DNA from: a virus
Lineage: Duplodnaviria > Heunggongvirae > Uroviricota > Caudoviricetes
Length of the DNA: 64,000 bases
Virus record (IMG/VR): IMGVR_UViG_2595698353_000001
Location: 14,564-78,563 of that record
Strand: one strand, 5' to 3'
The translations under genes and the position numbers were made by a program. The notes below the pieces were generated by a model. It was given only the letters and a program-made list of their open reading frames with translations, was not told the origin of the DNA and did no database searches. Of the stretch, positions 44,160 through 53,105 are shown in pieces. Each line of letters opens with the position of its first letter. Positions within the stretch are counted from its first letter, which is position 1.

Positions 44160-44375
44160 ATGCAGCTCACCATCGAGATCCCCGACGCCCATCTGCCCCG
44201 GGCGCAGCGCGTCGCGTGCGCCAGCCTCGGCGGGCACGATCCCGACACCTGCCCTGACAAGGCCGACCACCTCGTGGCGTACGCGCAGAAGATGGCGGCC
44301 GACCACATCCTGTTCACCGAGCGACGGTGGGCCGAGCAGGAGGCGGCGGGGGCCGTGCAGCCGATCGGACTGTAG
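44160..44375 (+). CDS. small hypothetical protein, possible fibre chaperone
   Basis: AGGAG RBS directly after the fibre gene. Confidence 0.6.
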   Translation: MQLTIEIPDAHLPRAQRVACASLGGHDPDTCPDKADHLVAYAQKMAADHILFTERRWAEQEAAGAVQPIGL

Positions 44376-44380
44376 CCGAC

Positions 44381-44410
44381 TTGCGCTCACCAATAGGTGT
44401 CGAGTAAGCT
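44381..44410 (+). promoter_or_regulatory. early-type promoter TTGCGC-N18-TAAGCT
   Basis: Paralog of 28227 and 40194; spacer CACCAATAGGTG. Confidence 0.75.
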
Positions 44411-44450
44411 AGACACAGCAAGCCAGCAACCAACCGCTCAAGGAGCAACG

Positions 44451-45638
44451 ATGACCGAGAACACCGCCCCCCGCGTCCACTCCTCCAACCTCCCCGAGCT
44501 CGAGCTCCGTGTCGAGAAGGCCAACCGTCGCGCCGAGCGTTGCGGCATCGTCGATCGCTTCGTCCTCGACATCACCAACGAGGTCCACAAGGAGCACGAG
44601 AACGGCGAGGTCGACGTCTACTTCGAGTACTCCCTCGCGGTCCCGGCCCTGAAGTTCGCCGACTGGGAGCTCATCGCCGCGATCGTCATCGAGGAGGGCG
44701 GCACGGTCCTGCGCATCCGCGAGGGCAAGGACGAGGTCATCGCGGGCTGGACCCGCCCGGACGTCCACGACTGCGCCGCCTGCGGTGTCGCCCGCCGCCG
44801 CACCCGCTCGTACGTCGTCGCGAACGCCGTCACCGGCGAGATCGCCCAGGTCGGCTCGGACTGCCTGCAGCGATACACCGGCATCACCCTCGGCGACGTG
44901 TGGGTCCTGGACTGGTACGACGCCGAGACCCTCGCCGAGCTCGCCGAGGACGTCCGCCCGCGCGGCGAGGGCGGCCCCCGCGAGGCCCGCAGCTTCTCGG
45001 TCGACAAGCTGGTCCGCATCGCCTACGTCGTCTCCGAGGGCGGCAAGGGCTTCGTCTCCCAGAGCGCGGCCCGCGACTTCGAGAAGCGCTCGACCACCAA
45101 CGACGTCCACAACGTCCTGTTCCCGGGCCGCACCCAGCGGGCGCGTGACGAGGCCGCTGCCGCCCTGCGGGCCGCCTCGGTCCTCGACGAGTCGCTGATC
45201 GCGGAGATCCTGGCCTCGGCCGAGAGCGTCGGCGGCGAGTACGGCGAGAACCTGCGCGCCGTCACCCGCTCCACCGTGATCTCCGGCCGCTCGATCGGCC
45301 TGCTGGTCTCGGTCGTCTCCTGCTGGTTCCGCGCCACCGAGCAGAAGCGCGAGAACCGCGCCTTCGCCGAGAGCTTCGTCGGCAAGGAGAAGGAGCGCCT
45401 GCGCGGCATCAAGGCCACCGTTGCCCGGGTCCGCATCATCGAGGGCCTCTACGACTACAAGACGATCGTGACCTTCCGCAGCGAAGATGGACACTGCCTC
45501 GTCTGGTTCGCCACCGGCGACCGTGGCGAAGAGTTCGATGCGGGCAAGGAGGTCACCATCACCGGCACCGTGAAGAAGCACGAGATCTACGGCGAGAGCC
45601 TGCACCAGACGGTTCTCACCCGCTGCGTCGTCTCCTGA
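44451..45638 (+). CDS. hypothetical protein with Zn finger and C-terminal OB-fold-like domain (island 3)
   Basis: CAAC...VGSDCL; FVG..KERL...ATV...VWFATG...ITGTVKKHE.Y...QTVLTRC. Confidence 0.75.
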   Translation: MTENTAPRVHSSNLPELELRVEKANRRAERCGIVDRFVLDITNEVHKEHENGEVDVYFEYSLAVPALKFADWELIAAIVIEEGGTVLRIREGKDEVIAGWTRPDVHDCAACGVARRRTRSYVVANAVTGEIAQVGSDCLQRYTGITLGDVWVLDWYDAETLAELAEDVRPRGEGGPREARSFSVDKLVRIAYVVSEGGKGFVSQSAARDFEKRSTTNDVHNVLFPGRTQRARDEAAAALRAASVLDESLIAEILASAESVGGEYGENLRAVTRSTVISGRSIGLLVSVVSCWFRATEQKRENRAFAESFVGKEKERLRGIKATVARVRIIEGLYDYKTIVTFRSEDGHCLVWFATGDRGEEFDAGKEVTITGTVKKHEIYGESLHQTVLTRCVVS

Positions 45639-45714
45639 CGGCCCCGGCGGCCCCGGACACCCCGGGGCCGCCCCCTGATCCCCACCACAACCCAACAACT
45701 CCAGGAGGAGCACC

Positions 45715-45990
45715 ATGAGCACCAACATCACCCCCGGCACGAAGATCCACGACCTGCCCGTCACCGTCGTCTCGGTGGAACCGGCGAACCCGAAGTTCGG
45801 CGAGCCGAGCAAGCTCATCACGCTCGAGACCGAGGACGGACAGCGCCTGCTGTGGTTCCGCAAGCGCCCGGCCAAGCTGGCGCGCGGCAACAAGATCGTG
45901 CTCGCCGAGGCCTACGCCAAGGCCCAGCACGTCCTGGGCACCGTGGTGACCCAGATCAGCCTGGAGGACAACGCGCCGCTCAAGGTGTAG
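45715..45990 (+). CDS. stand-alone OB-fold-like protein, similar to C-terminus of 44451
   Basis: VTV...LITLETEDG..LLWF; AGGAGG RBS. Confidence 0.7.
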   Translation: MSTNITPGTKIHDLPVTVVSVEPANPKFGEPSKLITLETEDGQRLLWFRKRPAKLARGNKIVLAEAYAKAQHVLGTVVTQISLEDNAPLKV

Positions 45991-46004
45991 CCCCTCCACC
46001 ACCA

Positions 46005-46040
46005 GAGAACGCCCTCGCTGAACACAGCGGGGGCGTTTTC
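46005..46040 (+). terminator. intrinsic terminator
   Basis: GAACGCCCTCGCTG/CAGCGGGGGCGTTT stem-loop. Confidence 0.75.
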
Positions 46041-46120
46041 GCGTCTCGTGGTGTCGAACCCAGGGTCGGGTCGATCTCAAGACCTGTAGTGAACCTCCAC
46101 CCACAGTTCGGGAGCACACC

Positions 46121-46666
46121 ATGAGCAAGCCCGCCGCGAAGAGTCGCGCAGCCACTGTCGTCAAGCCGGAGAAGCTGACGATCTCGCAGCTGCGCACCAC
46201 GCAGGACACCCTGTTCGCGCAGAACAACGGCCCGACGATCATCACCTGCACCGTCGGCACCCTCGACTTTCAGCTCGAGCCCAAGGGGCATCCGGGCTCG
46301 ATCAGCGTCCTCCCGAAGGAGGTCGCGACCGCCCTCGGCTTCCAGAAGGTCTGGCTCAAGGGCCTGGTCACCGTGACCACGGATCCCGCGATGGAGGACG
46401 AGATCACCAACCTCGTCCTCGGCCAGAACGAGGCCGAGGCCAAGCGCACCTCCGAGATCATCGAGAGCACCGAGGAGAACTCGGCCAGCAAGGACCTGAT
46501 CGTGAAGAAGTGCCTGGAGTCCGGCGAGGCTGTCTACCAGTCGATCCGTGACGCCAAGAGCGGCATCCCGCCGCTGGCGGAGCGCTTCCAGGACCGCGCC
46601 CATGAGTGGATCGCGACTCAGGTGAGCTCGACCGAGTTCACCTTCACCAAGATCAACGGAGGCTAA
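46121..46666 (+). CDS. conserved structural protein carrying the shared module
   Basis: FQLEPKG.PG...V...GFQKVW..G.VTV; GGGAG RBS. Confidence 0.75.
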   Translation: MSKPAAKSRAATVVKPEKLTISQLRTTQDTLFAQNNGPTIITCTVGTLDFQLEPKGHPGSISVLPKEVATALGFQKVWLKGLVTVTTDPAMEDEITNLVLGQNEAEAKRTSEIIESTEENSASKDLIVKKCLESGEAVYQSIRDAKSGIPPLAERFQDRAHEWIATQVSSTEFTFTKINGG

Positions 46667-46668
46667 CG

Positions 46669-47232
46669 ATGGCTGTCCCCACCCCCGACCAGATCAACCG
46701 CCTGCTCTACCAGACCCGGCAGTTCCGCCCGGGCGAGGACGCCGGTGTGATGGTCGCCCAGGCCACCGCCTACGGCAACCCGCACGAGAACGCCGTCATC
46801 GCGTTCGACGACCGGTACGACACCGACGAGGAGAAGGCTCTCGAGCTGACCTCCCGCGTCGAGTCGGCAGAGCGCGCCGCCGCCGAGACCCAGGCCCGTG
46901 AGGCCGAGGCCGCTCGGGTGGCTGCAGAGGAGGCCGACCGCGCCGCCGAGGCCGAGGCGCTGCTCGACGCCGAGACCAAGCGGGCCGAGGAGAAGGCCAC
47001 CGCCGAGGCCGAGAAGCGCGCGGCCGCCGACGCGGAAAAGGATCAGGCCGAGTCGGAGAAGTCCGCCGACGACGCCGCTAAGGCCGCCGAGGCAGAGAAG
47101 GCCGCCGCTGACGCTGCTGCCGCCAAGGCTGCCGACGAGGCCGAGGCCAAGAAGGCCGCTGCCGCCAAGGCGCGCAGCACCCGCAGCGCGGCCACCAAGG
47201 CCGACGCGAAGGGCGACGAGGCTGCCAAGTAG
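46669..47232 (+). CDS. Ala/Glu/Lys-rich low-complexity coiled protein
   Basis: AAKAAEAEKAAADAAAAKAA tract; ATG 46669 after GGAGG. Confidence 0.75.
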   Translation: MAVPTPDQINRLLYQTRQFRPGEDAGVMVAQATAYGNPHENAVIAFDDRYDTDEEKALELTSRVESAERAAAETQAREAEAARVAAEEADRAAEAEALLDAETKRAEEKATAEAEKRAAADAEKDQAESEKSADDAAKAAEAEKAAADAAAAKAADEAEAKKAAAAKARSTRSAATKADAKGDEAAK

Positions 47233-47326
47233 CCCGCAGATCGCCTTCAAGTGGCAGAGGGGTCGGCAGGTCGGAATCCGGCCTACCGGCCCCTTCTGCT
47301 TCCGCCACAGACCGTGAGGAGACCCG

Positions 47327-48253
47327 GTGCCTTCCCTCTATCCAGGTGCGAACGACACCTTCAACGTGCCGACCAACTCGTCGGGCACGCCGCTGTCGTC
47401 GCCGGGCGACTCGTCGCGCAACCACACGGAGAGCCACCGAGATCACGGTGACGCGATCGTCAAGCTGCAGGAGAATGCGGCCGTCAAGGGCCACGACCAC
47501 TCCGGCGAAGGCCCGCGCCCCACGCCGAAGCTGAAGCAGGCCAACACGCACGAGAACGCCGACACCGACACTGTCGGCGGCATCCACCACACGCTCGGCC
47601 CCGGCTCGACCCAGGCGGCCCCGGGCAACCACAAGCACAACTACAACTCGGGCGACATCATCGGCGCGCCGTACCTGATCTGCACCTCGACGACCCGACC
47701 GGTGGCTCCGATCCTCGGGATGAAGATCTTCGAGACCGACACCAACCAGGTACGCACGTGGATGCGGATCCCGCCGGACACCGAGCCGAAGTGGCGGCTG
47801 ACGACCGACGGGCTCGTCCCGTACGTCAAGGCCCGGCAGACGCGCGCGCAGAGCATCCCGCCCAACGGCAGCATCGTCGAGTGGCACACCGAGATCGAGG
47901 ACGCCTGCGGCAACTTCAACCCGACGGACTCGAAGACGAACTTCAACGTGACCGAGTCCGGGATATACCGGGTCGACGCCGTCTACGGCTTCCCGGTGCT
48001 CGGCGTCGCCAGCGCGATCGGCATCGGCATCCGGGTCAATGGGCTGATGCGCCCGGCCGACCCGCAGGACGTGTGGAAGTCGATCTCGGCGATGGCCGGT
48101 CACATCCAGAACTTCCAGTACAGCGGCGAGGTCCGGGCCAATGCGGGCGACCGGATCAACGTCTGGTTCGGCCAGAACGCCTTCCTCGCCCAGAACAGCT
48201 CGAGCGACAACGCGCAGGGCTGCCGCGTCACGATCCAGTACGTCCGGCCATAG
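47327..48253 (+). CDS. minor tail / collar protein with C1q/TNF-like C-terminal domain
   Basis: MPSLYPGA.D.F N-terminus; FNVTESGIYRV...I.VNG...GEV..NAGDRI. Confidence 0.65.
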   Translation: MPSLYPGANDTFNVPTNSSGTPLSSPGDSSRNHTESHRDHGDAIVKLQENAAVKGHDHSGEGPRPTPKLKQANTHENADTDTVGGIHHTLGPGSTQAAPGNHKHNYNSGDIIGAPYLICTSTTRPVAPILGMKIFETDTNQVRTWMRIPPDTEPKWRLTTDGLVPYVKARQTRAQSIPPNGSIVEWHTEIEDACGNFNPTDSKTNFNVTESGIYRVDAVYGFPVLGVASAIGIGIRVNGLMRPADPQDVWKSISAMAGHIQNFQYSGEVRANAGDRINVWFGQNAFLAQNSSSDNAQGCRVTIQYVRP

Positions 48254-48262
48254 GAGTCCCGC

Positions 48263-49273
48263 ATGACGATCAACCCGGTGGGAGCCACCACCTACAGCCC
48301 GAAGCTGCTGCAGTCGGCCCTGGTGCGCCGCCAGCTGTCGCAGTTCTCGGCCGCCGACGTCGGCCTGAGCCTGTATGTGCCGCACGAGGTCCCGGGTCAG
48401 CCCGCGCAGCCGGTGGACCCCGACGAGGACACGCTCGAGCTCACCCTCCGGTTCCTGGCGGCCGACCAGATGCCCGGGATCGAGGACGAGCCGGATCCTC
48501 GCGGCCCGATCATGCTTGTCGCGGCCGCCGACGAGATCACCCGCGAGGAGCAGGGCACCTGGTCGTACCGGCTCGACCCGTCGCGCACTGCCCGGCAGGG
48601 CCAGATGTCGGCGGAGTGGCGATACCAGATCGACGGCGTGCAGTTCGTGCAGCACGAGAGTCTGCTGATCCTCGAGCACATGCCGCTGTACCAGTCGCTG
48701 TCGGACATGGAGCGGTTCGCCGTCGCTCAGGTCGCCTGGATGTTCGGTGACCTGTTCGACTCGACCGAGGGCGGCCCGCACCTGACCGAGGCCTTCCAGA
48801 CGCACTTCACCAGCGAGCGCATCGCGCAGCTGATGCTCACTGCGATCCAGAAGTTCAACTTCACCGCGCAGCCCGCGACGAACTACAACCTCGGGGCGCT
48901 CGGCACCGGCATGCCGTCGCACCTGTACGGCGTGCTCGTGCAGGGCACCTACCTCGAGACGCTGCGGCACCTGATCCGGTCGTACACCGAGACGCCGGAC
49001 TTCACCGGCATGAACGTCACCTTCACCCAGCGCCGGGACTACGCGGATCGCTGGCGCGCGGTGCTCAAGGACGAGGAGCAGGACTACAAGGACATGGTCA
49101 CGACGGCCAAGCGCAGCCTGATGAGCCTCGGCAAGGGCGCTCTGCTCGTCGCTGGCGGCATGTTCGGCGGCGGCGGACGCTCGCTGTACCGACCCGGCAT
49201 GCAGACCTCGCTCGAGCGCTCGTGGCGCATGTACCCGGCGGCCTACGCCGTCGCCTACCCCGGGATCGGCTGA
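48263..49273 (+). CDS. head-tail connector / neck protein
   Basis: Position ahead of neck, terminator and sheath genes; helical C-terminal half. Confidence 0.55.
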   Translation: MTINPVGATTYSPKLLQSALVRRQLSQFSAADVGLSLYVPHEVPGQPAQPVDPDEDTLELTLRFLAADQMPGIEDEPDPRGPIMLVAAADEITREEQGTWSYRLDPSRTARQGQMSAEWRYQIDGVQFVQHESLLILEHMPLYQSLSDMERFAVAQVAWMFGDLFDSTEGGPHLTEAFQTHFTSERIAQLMLTAIQKFNFTAQPATNYNLGALGTGMPSHLYGVLVQGTYLETLRHLIRSYTETPDFTGMNVTFTQRRDYADRWRAVLKDEEQDYKDMVTTAKRSLMSLGKGALLVAGGMFGGGGRSLYRPGMQTSLERSWRMYPAAYAVAYPGIG

Positions 49274-49866
49274 TGGCGCGCATCGATCTCCGGGAGGACT
49301 ACGCCGTCCAGATGCTGCGGCGGAACGTCAAGGAGTCCCTGCAGAGCCACGGCGAGCAGTGCATCGCGCTCGCGATGTACCACGTCGTGGCCGATGCGGA
49401 CCGCTTCCCGCGCTGCACGTGCTTCGACGACATCTACCAGTCGTCGGAGACCTACGACTGCCCGGACTGCTACGGGACGACGATCCAGGGCGGCGTGAAG
49501 ACGGCGGCGCGCGTCTGGGGCCTGTTCACCGACCAGCAGGGCATTGAAGATCACGACAAGCAGGGCGTGTGGACCCCGGACCAGCGCGGCCTGCAGACCG
49601 AGGCCTCCCCGGAGCTGATGGAGCACGACTACATCATCCGCGTGCTCGACTGGGACCGCAGCGGCCGCGCGCTCGATCTCGAAGGGATCTACATCGTCGA
49701 CAAGGTCGACCTGACCTCGCTGCGCACCGGCGGCGTGTACGGCCAGACGCGGCGCGACGCCGTCGGCCAGCGCGCCAACCTGACGCGCCTGCAGGACACC
49801 CACCCGATCTACCGGTACCCGGCGCTCGGCAAGCTCTTTCCGCGCCTGGACGGCCTGGTGCGATGA
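49273..49866 (+). CDS. head-closure / adaptor protein
   Basis: RCTCF...CPDCYGT...GG; TGATG coupling; position. Confidence 0.55.
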   Translation: MARIDLREDYAVQMLRRNVKESLQSHGEQCIALAMYHVVADADRFPRCTCFDDIYQSSETYDCPDCYGTTIQGGVKTAARVWGLFTDQQGIEDHDKQGVWTPDQRGLQTEASPELMEHDYIIRVLDWDRSGRALDLEGIYIVDKVDLTSLRTGGVYGQTRRDAVGQRANLTRLQDTHPIYRYPALGKLFPRLDGLVR

Positions 49867-50300
49867 CCCGAATCCCGCTCCCCGAGCGCCTGACTCGGCA
49901 GATCTCGGACGACGCCATGCGCAGCGTGCAGGCGAACCTCCGGTATCGGGGGTGGCGCTCAGCCAACGACGTCCACGCGGCGGGCGTCGAGGGCGGCGTC
50001 GGCCTGCGCGTCGGGGTGCGGTACATGATGTACCAGTCGCGCGGCACCAGGCCCTACCTGATGACCGCGCTCGAGGGCCGCGTGATCAACATCGACGGCA
50101 ACTTCCTCACCGTCAAGGATGTCGGCAAGCCGGGCTATGTGCACCTGCCGGGCGGCATCCGCAAGTGGCGCGACCAGAAGTGGCGGCACCCGGGCCTGCG
50201 CCCGCAGCGGTTCCTCGAGTTCGCCATCACGGGGGCCATCCACTCGGCGAAGCCGCAGATCCGCGCCGAGATCAACAGCATCTTCAGGAGGCTCCAGTGA
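49863..50300 (+). CDS. neck protein (HK97 gp10-like)
   Basis: GTRPY.M...KWRHPG..PQRFLE.AI; position. Confidence 0.55.
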   Translation: MTRIPLPERLTRQISDDAMRSVQANLRYRGWRSANDVHAAGVEGGVGLRVGVRYMMYQSRGTRPYLMTALEGRVINIDGNFLTVKDVGKPGYVHLPGGIRKWRDQKWRHPGLRPQRFLEFAITGAIHSAKPQIRAEINSIFRRLQ

Positions 50301-51049
50301 GCGGATACAGCTCGGGATACGACCCGTCGTACGGCGGCATCGGCTCATCGGACGAGCCCGACTTCTGGGTCACTGAGCCGACGTACAGCCCGCCGGACAT
50401 GCCGCCGGTCAACGAGCAGCTCCCCCGGTCCCCGGGCGGCATCGTCGAGACGATCAAGCGTGCCGTCGTCGCGGCGATGCGCGTCGCCGTCACCGGCACC
50501 TCCCTGTCGCTCGAGGACAACCGCGAGGTGCACGTCGACCTCGAGTACCCGGAGAAGGAGACGTCGTACCCGGCCGTCTGGGTCCAGCTGTCTCTGCGCG
50601 ACCTCCAGAACGCCGGTATCGCGCATCAGTGGGCGACCGCTGACGGGGAGGTCGTGCAGCAGTGGATGTTCGAGGGCGAGGTGACGCTGTCTGTCATCGC
50701 GCTCAAGTCGATCGAGCGGGACCGGATCGCCGATGCCCTGGTCACCTACATCGCCTTCTCCCGGGCCACGCCGGGCAGCTCGCTGTACCGCGCGCTCGCC
50801 GAGAACCCGACCGTCTCGATGACCATCAACTCGGACAAGATCACCTCCGGCGGCCAGTCGACGACCATCGGCGTGCCCTGGAACCCCGACCAGCTCGCGT
50901 ACGAGGACAACTACCGATTCTCGATGCACGGCCAGTTCGAGTCGGTCCACACCCCCGAGGGCGAGCAGGTCGTCCTGCGGGCCATCGGTGTGACCTCCAC
51001 CGCCGATCTCAGCGGCGAGATGACCATCCCACCGGGCACCTGGGTCTGA
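50297..51049 (+). CDS. tail terminator / completion protein
   Basis: YPE....YPAVWV...G...L...A....ERDRIAD; directly upstream of sheath. Confidence 0.6.
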   Translation: MSGYSSGYDPSYGGIGSSDEPDFWVTEPTYSPPDMPPVNEQLPRSPGGIVETIKRAVVAAMRVAVTGTSLSLEDNREVHVDLEYPEKETSYPAVWVQLSLRDLQNAGIAHQWATADGEVVQQWMFEGEVTLSVIALKSIERDRIADALVTYIAFSRATPGSSLYRALAENPTVSMTINSDKITSGGQSTTIGVPWNPDQLAYEDNYRFSMHGQFESVHTPEGEQVVLRAIGVTSTADLSGEMTIPPGTWV

Positions 51050-51072
51050 CCATCCCAAACGAGTTCGCAGCT

Positions 51073-51093
51073 GCATTAAGTGGCAGACCAACC
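51073..51093 (+). promoter_or_regulatory. putative late promoter GCATTAAGTGGCAGACCAACC
   Basis: 19/21 identical to 33893; flanked by CGAGTTCG(51060-67)/CGAACTCG(51096-103). Confidence 0.6.
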
Positions 51094-51118
51094 GCCGAAC
51101 TCGGACTACGGAGGACAC

Positions 51119-52561
51119 ATGAGCGGGATCGACTTCACTCGGTATCAGCCACCAGGGGTATACACCGAGGCTGTCCCGGGTCCGCAGGTCCCGGTCCAGG
51201 CCGCAACCCCGACCGCCGTCGGCATCTTCGGCCTCGGCCAGGGCTTTGAGTCCGCCACCGAGTCTCTGGTCATCGTGCCGGACGCCGACGAGAACACGGG
51301 CGGCCTGAACGCGTCGCTGCGCCATACCGGCGTCACCGCGTCGACGGTCAAGGTGTCGAACCCGTACACCGGCAACAACTACGCGCCGGTCGTCGACTAC
51401 ACGGTCAAGCAGACGAGCCCGGGCACTGCGAGCTCGAGCTCGACGTACACGATCGAGCGCGTGCCCGGCGGGACGATGACGGTCGGCAGCACGGTCACGG
51501 TGCAGTACCAGTACACCGACCCGTCGTACTTCACCCCGCGCACGTACTTCGACTACTCGGACGTGCAGGCGACCTACGGCGCTCCGTTCGACCCGCTGGG
51601 CAACGTCACCTCCGAACTGACCCTCGCGTGCCGATTCGCCTTCCTCAACGGCGCACAGCGCGTCGTCGCGGTCGCGGTGAACCCGGCCAACCCGCTGTCG
51701 CCGACGCTGGCCGACTACACGGCCGCGCTGAACAAGCTGAACGAGGAGCACGACGTCTCGATCGTGGTGCCCGCCAACGGCATGCAGTCGCTGCAGTCCG
51801 TCGTCGCCGCGAACGTCAAGTCGCAGTCGCTCGGGCAGGCCGAGCGCCGCGCGATCCTCGGTGAGGACGGCACGGTCACTGCAGTCGCCTCGTCGCAGCG
51901 CATGGACGACGCCAAGGTGCTCAACAGCTCCCGCGTCGCGCTAGTCTCCCCGGCCACGTTCAACTACGTGATTCCGGAGTCCGGCAAGTCGATCATCCTC
52001 GGCGGCCAGTACATGGCGTCGGCCATCGCTGGCCTGGCGATGACCCAGCTCGCGGCGGTCCCGCTGACGCGCAAGGTGGTCACCGGCTTCTCGGGTGTCG
52101 CGGAGAAGGTCACGACCCCGCAGAAGAACCTCGAGACGCAGTCCGGCCTGATGGTCGTCGAGCTCAACCAGCGCGGCGCGATCCAGATCCGCCACGGCGT
52201 CACCACGGCCCCGTCCACCACGCAGTCGCGTGAGTGGTCGATCACCGGCCAGCAGGACTCCATGGTCTACCGGGTCCGCGACTACCTCGGTGTCGACGGC
52301 CTGATCGGCGGCGTGATCAACGACCTGACGCTGGTCAACATCAAGGCGTCGGTCGACACTGCGCTGCGCTCGCTGATCGACGACCAGACGATCTACGGCT
52401 TCGGCAATCTCAAGGTCCGCCAGAAGGTTGCGCAGCCCGACGTCGTCGAGGTCGCGTTCGACTGGCGTCCGTCGATGCCGCTCAACTACCTCTCGGTGAG
52501 CTACTCGATCTCCGTCGAGTCCGGCACGGTCGCCGACACCGACGACTCCGCCACTCCGTAG
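51119..52561 (+). CDS. tail sheath protein
   Basis: YQPPGVYTE N-terminus; AIAG...PLTRK..GF; IRHGVTT; FDWRPSMPLNYL.V. Confidence 0.9.
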   Translation: MSGIDFTRYQPPGVYTEAVPGPQVPVQAATPTAVGIFGLGQGFESATESLVIVPDADENTGGLNASLRHTGVTASTVKVSNPYTGNNYAPVVDYTVKQTSPGTASSSSTYTIERVPGGTMTVGSTVTVQYQYTDPSYFTPRTYFDYSDVQATYGAPFDPLGNVTSELTLACRFAFLNGAQRVVAVAVNPANPLSPTLADYTAALNKLNEEHDVSIVVPANGMQSLQSVVAANVKSQSLGQAERRAILGEDGTVTAVASSQRMDDAKVLNSSRVALVSPATFNYVIPESGKSIILGGQYMASAIAGLAMTQLAAVPLTRKVVTGFSGVAEKVTTPQKNLETQSGLMVVELNQRGAIQIRHGVTTAPSTTQSREWSITGQQDSMVYRVRDYLGVDGLIGGVINDLTLVNIKASVDTALRSLIDDQTIYGFGNLKVRQKVAQPDVVEVAFDWRPSMPLNYLSVSYSISVESGTVADTDDSATP

Positions 52562-52620
52562 GGCCATCTCGCCCGTCCACCCACGGGGGATGACCCCACT
52601 ACCTCAAGGAGGTGACAGCC

Positions 52621-53097
52621 ATGTCTGAGTCCAAGGTCCGCATTGGTGGTTCCGGGTACACCGTCATGAGCTGGCGCGACACGCGTCTCGCATACCTGCA
52701 GACGCTCCAGGACACCCCGCCGCAGCCCGTTGCGCAGGCGCAGGCAGTCCAGCCCATCGACGCCCCGGAGCCGCTCGAGATCGTCACCGCCCAGGCCGTC
52801 GGCCCCGGCACGCTCAAGATGACCTTCTACGAGCTCTGGAACACGCCGGTCTGGTCCGGCCTCCCGGGCCTGGAGGGCACGAACAACCTCCTCGAGGTGC
52901 TGCGTCGCCAGGTCGAGATGGACGAGATCACCTGCCGCAAGATCATCAAGGTCCCGGGCACCATCGGTCAGTTCCGCACGTACGCGTACCGGGGCTGCAA
53001 GATCGTCGACATCGATCAGGGCGAGCAGATCAACATCGGCACCATGACGCTGCCGAAGACGATCACGCTCCAGTACACAAGCATGAACCTGGTCTAG
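52621..53097 (+). CDS. tail tube protein
   Basis: AAGGAGG RBS, ATG 52621; follows sheath; Y.GCKIVDI..GE.I...TM. Confidence 0.85.
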   Translation: MSESKVRIGGSGYTVMSWRDTRLAYLQTLQDTPPQPVAQAQAVQPIDAPEPLEIVTAQAVGPGTLKMTFYELWNTPVWSGLPGLEGTNNLLEVLRRQVEMDEITCRKIIKVPGTIGQFRTYAYRGCKIVDIDQGEQINIGTMTLPKTITLQYTSMNLV

Positions 53098-53105
53098 GGG
53101 GCGAA

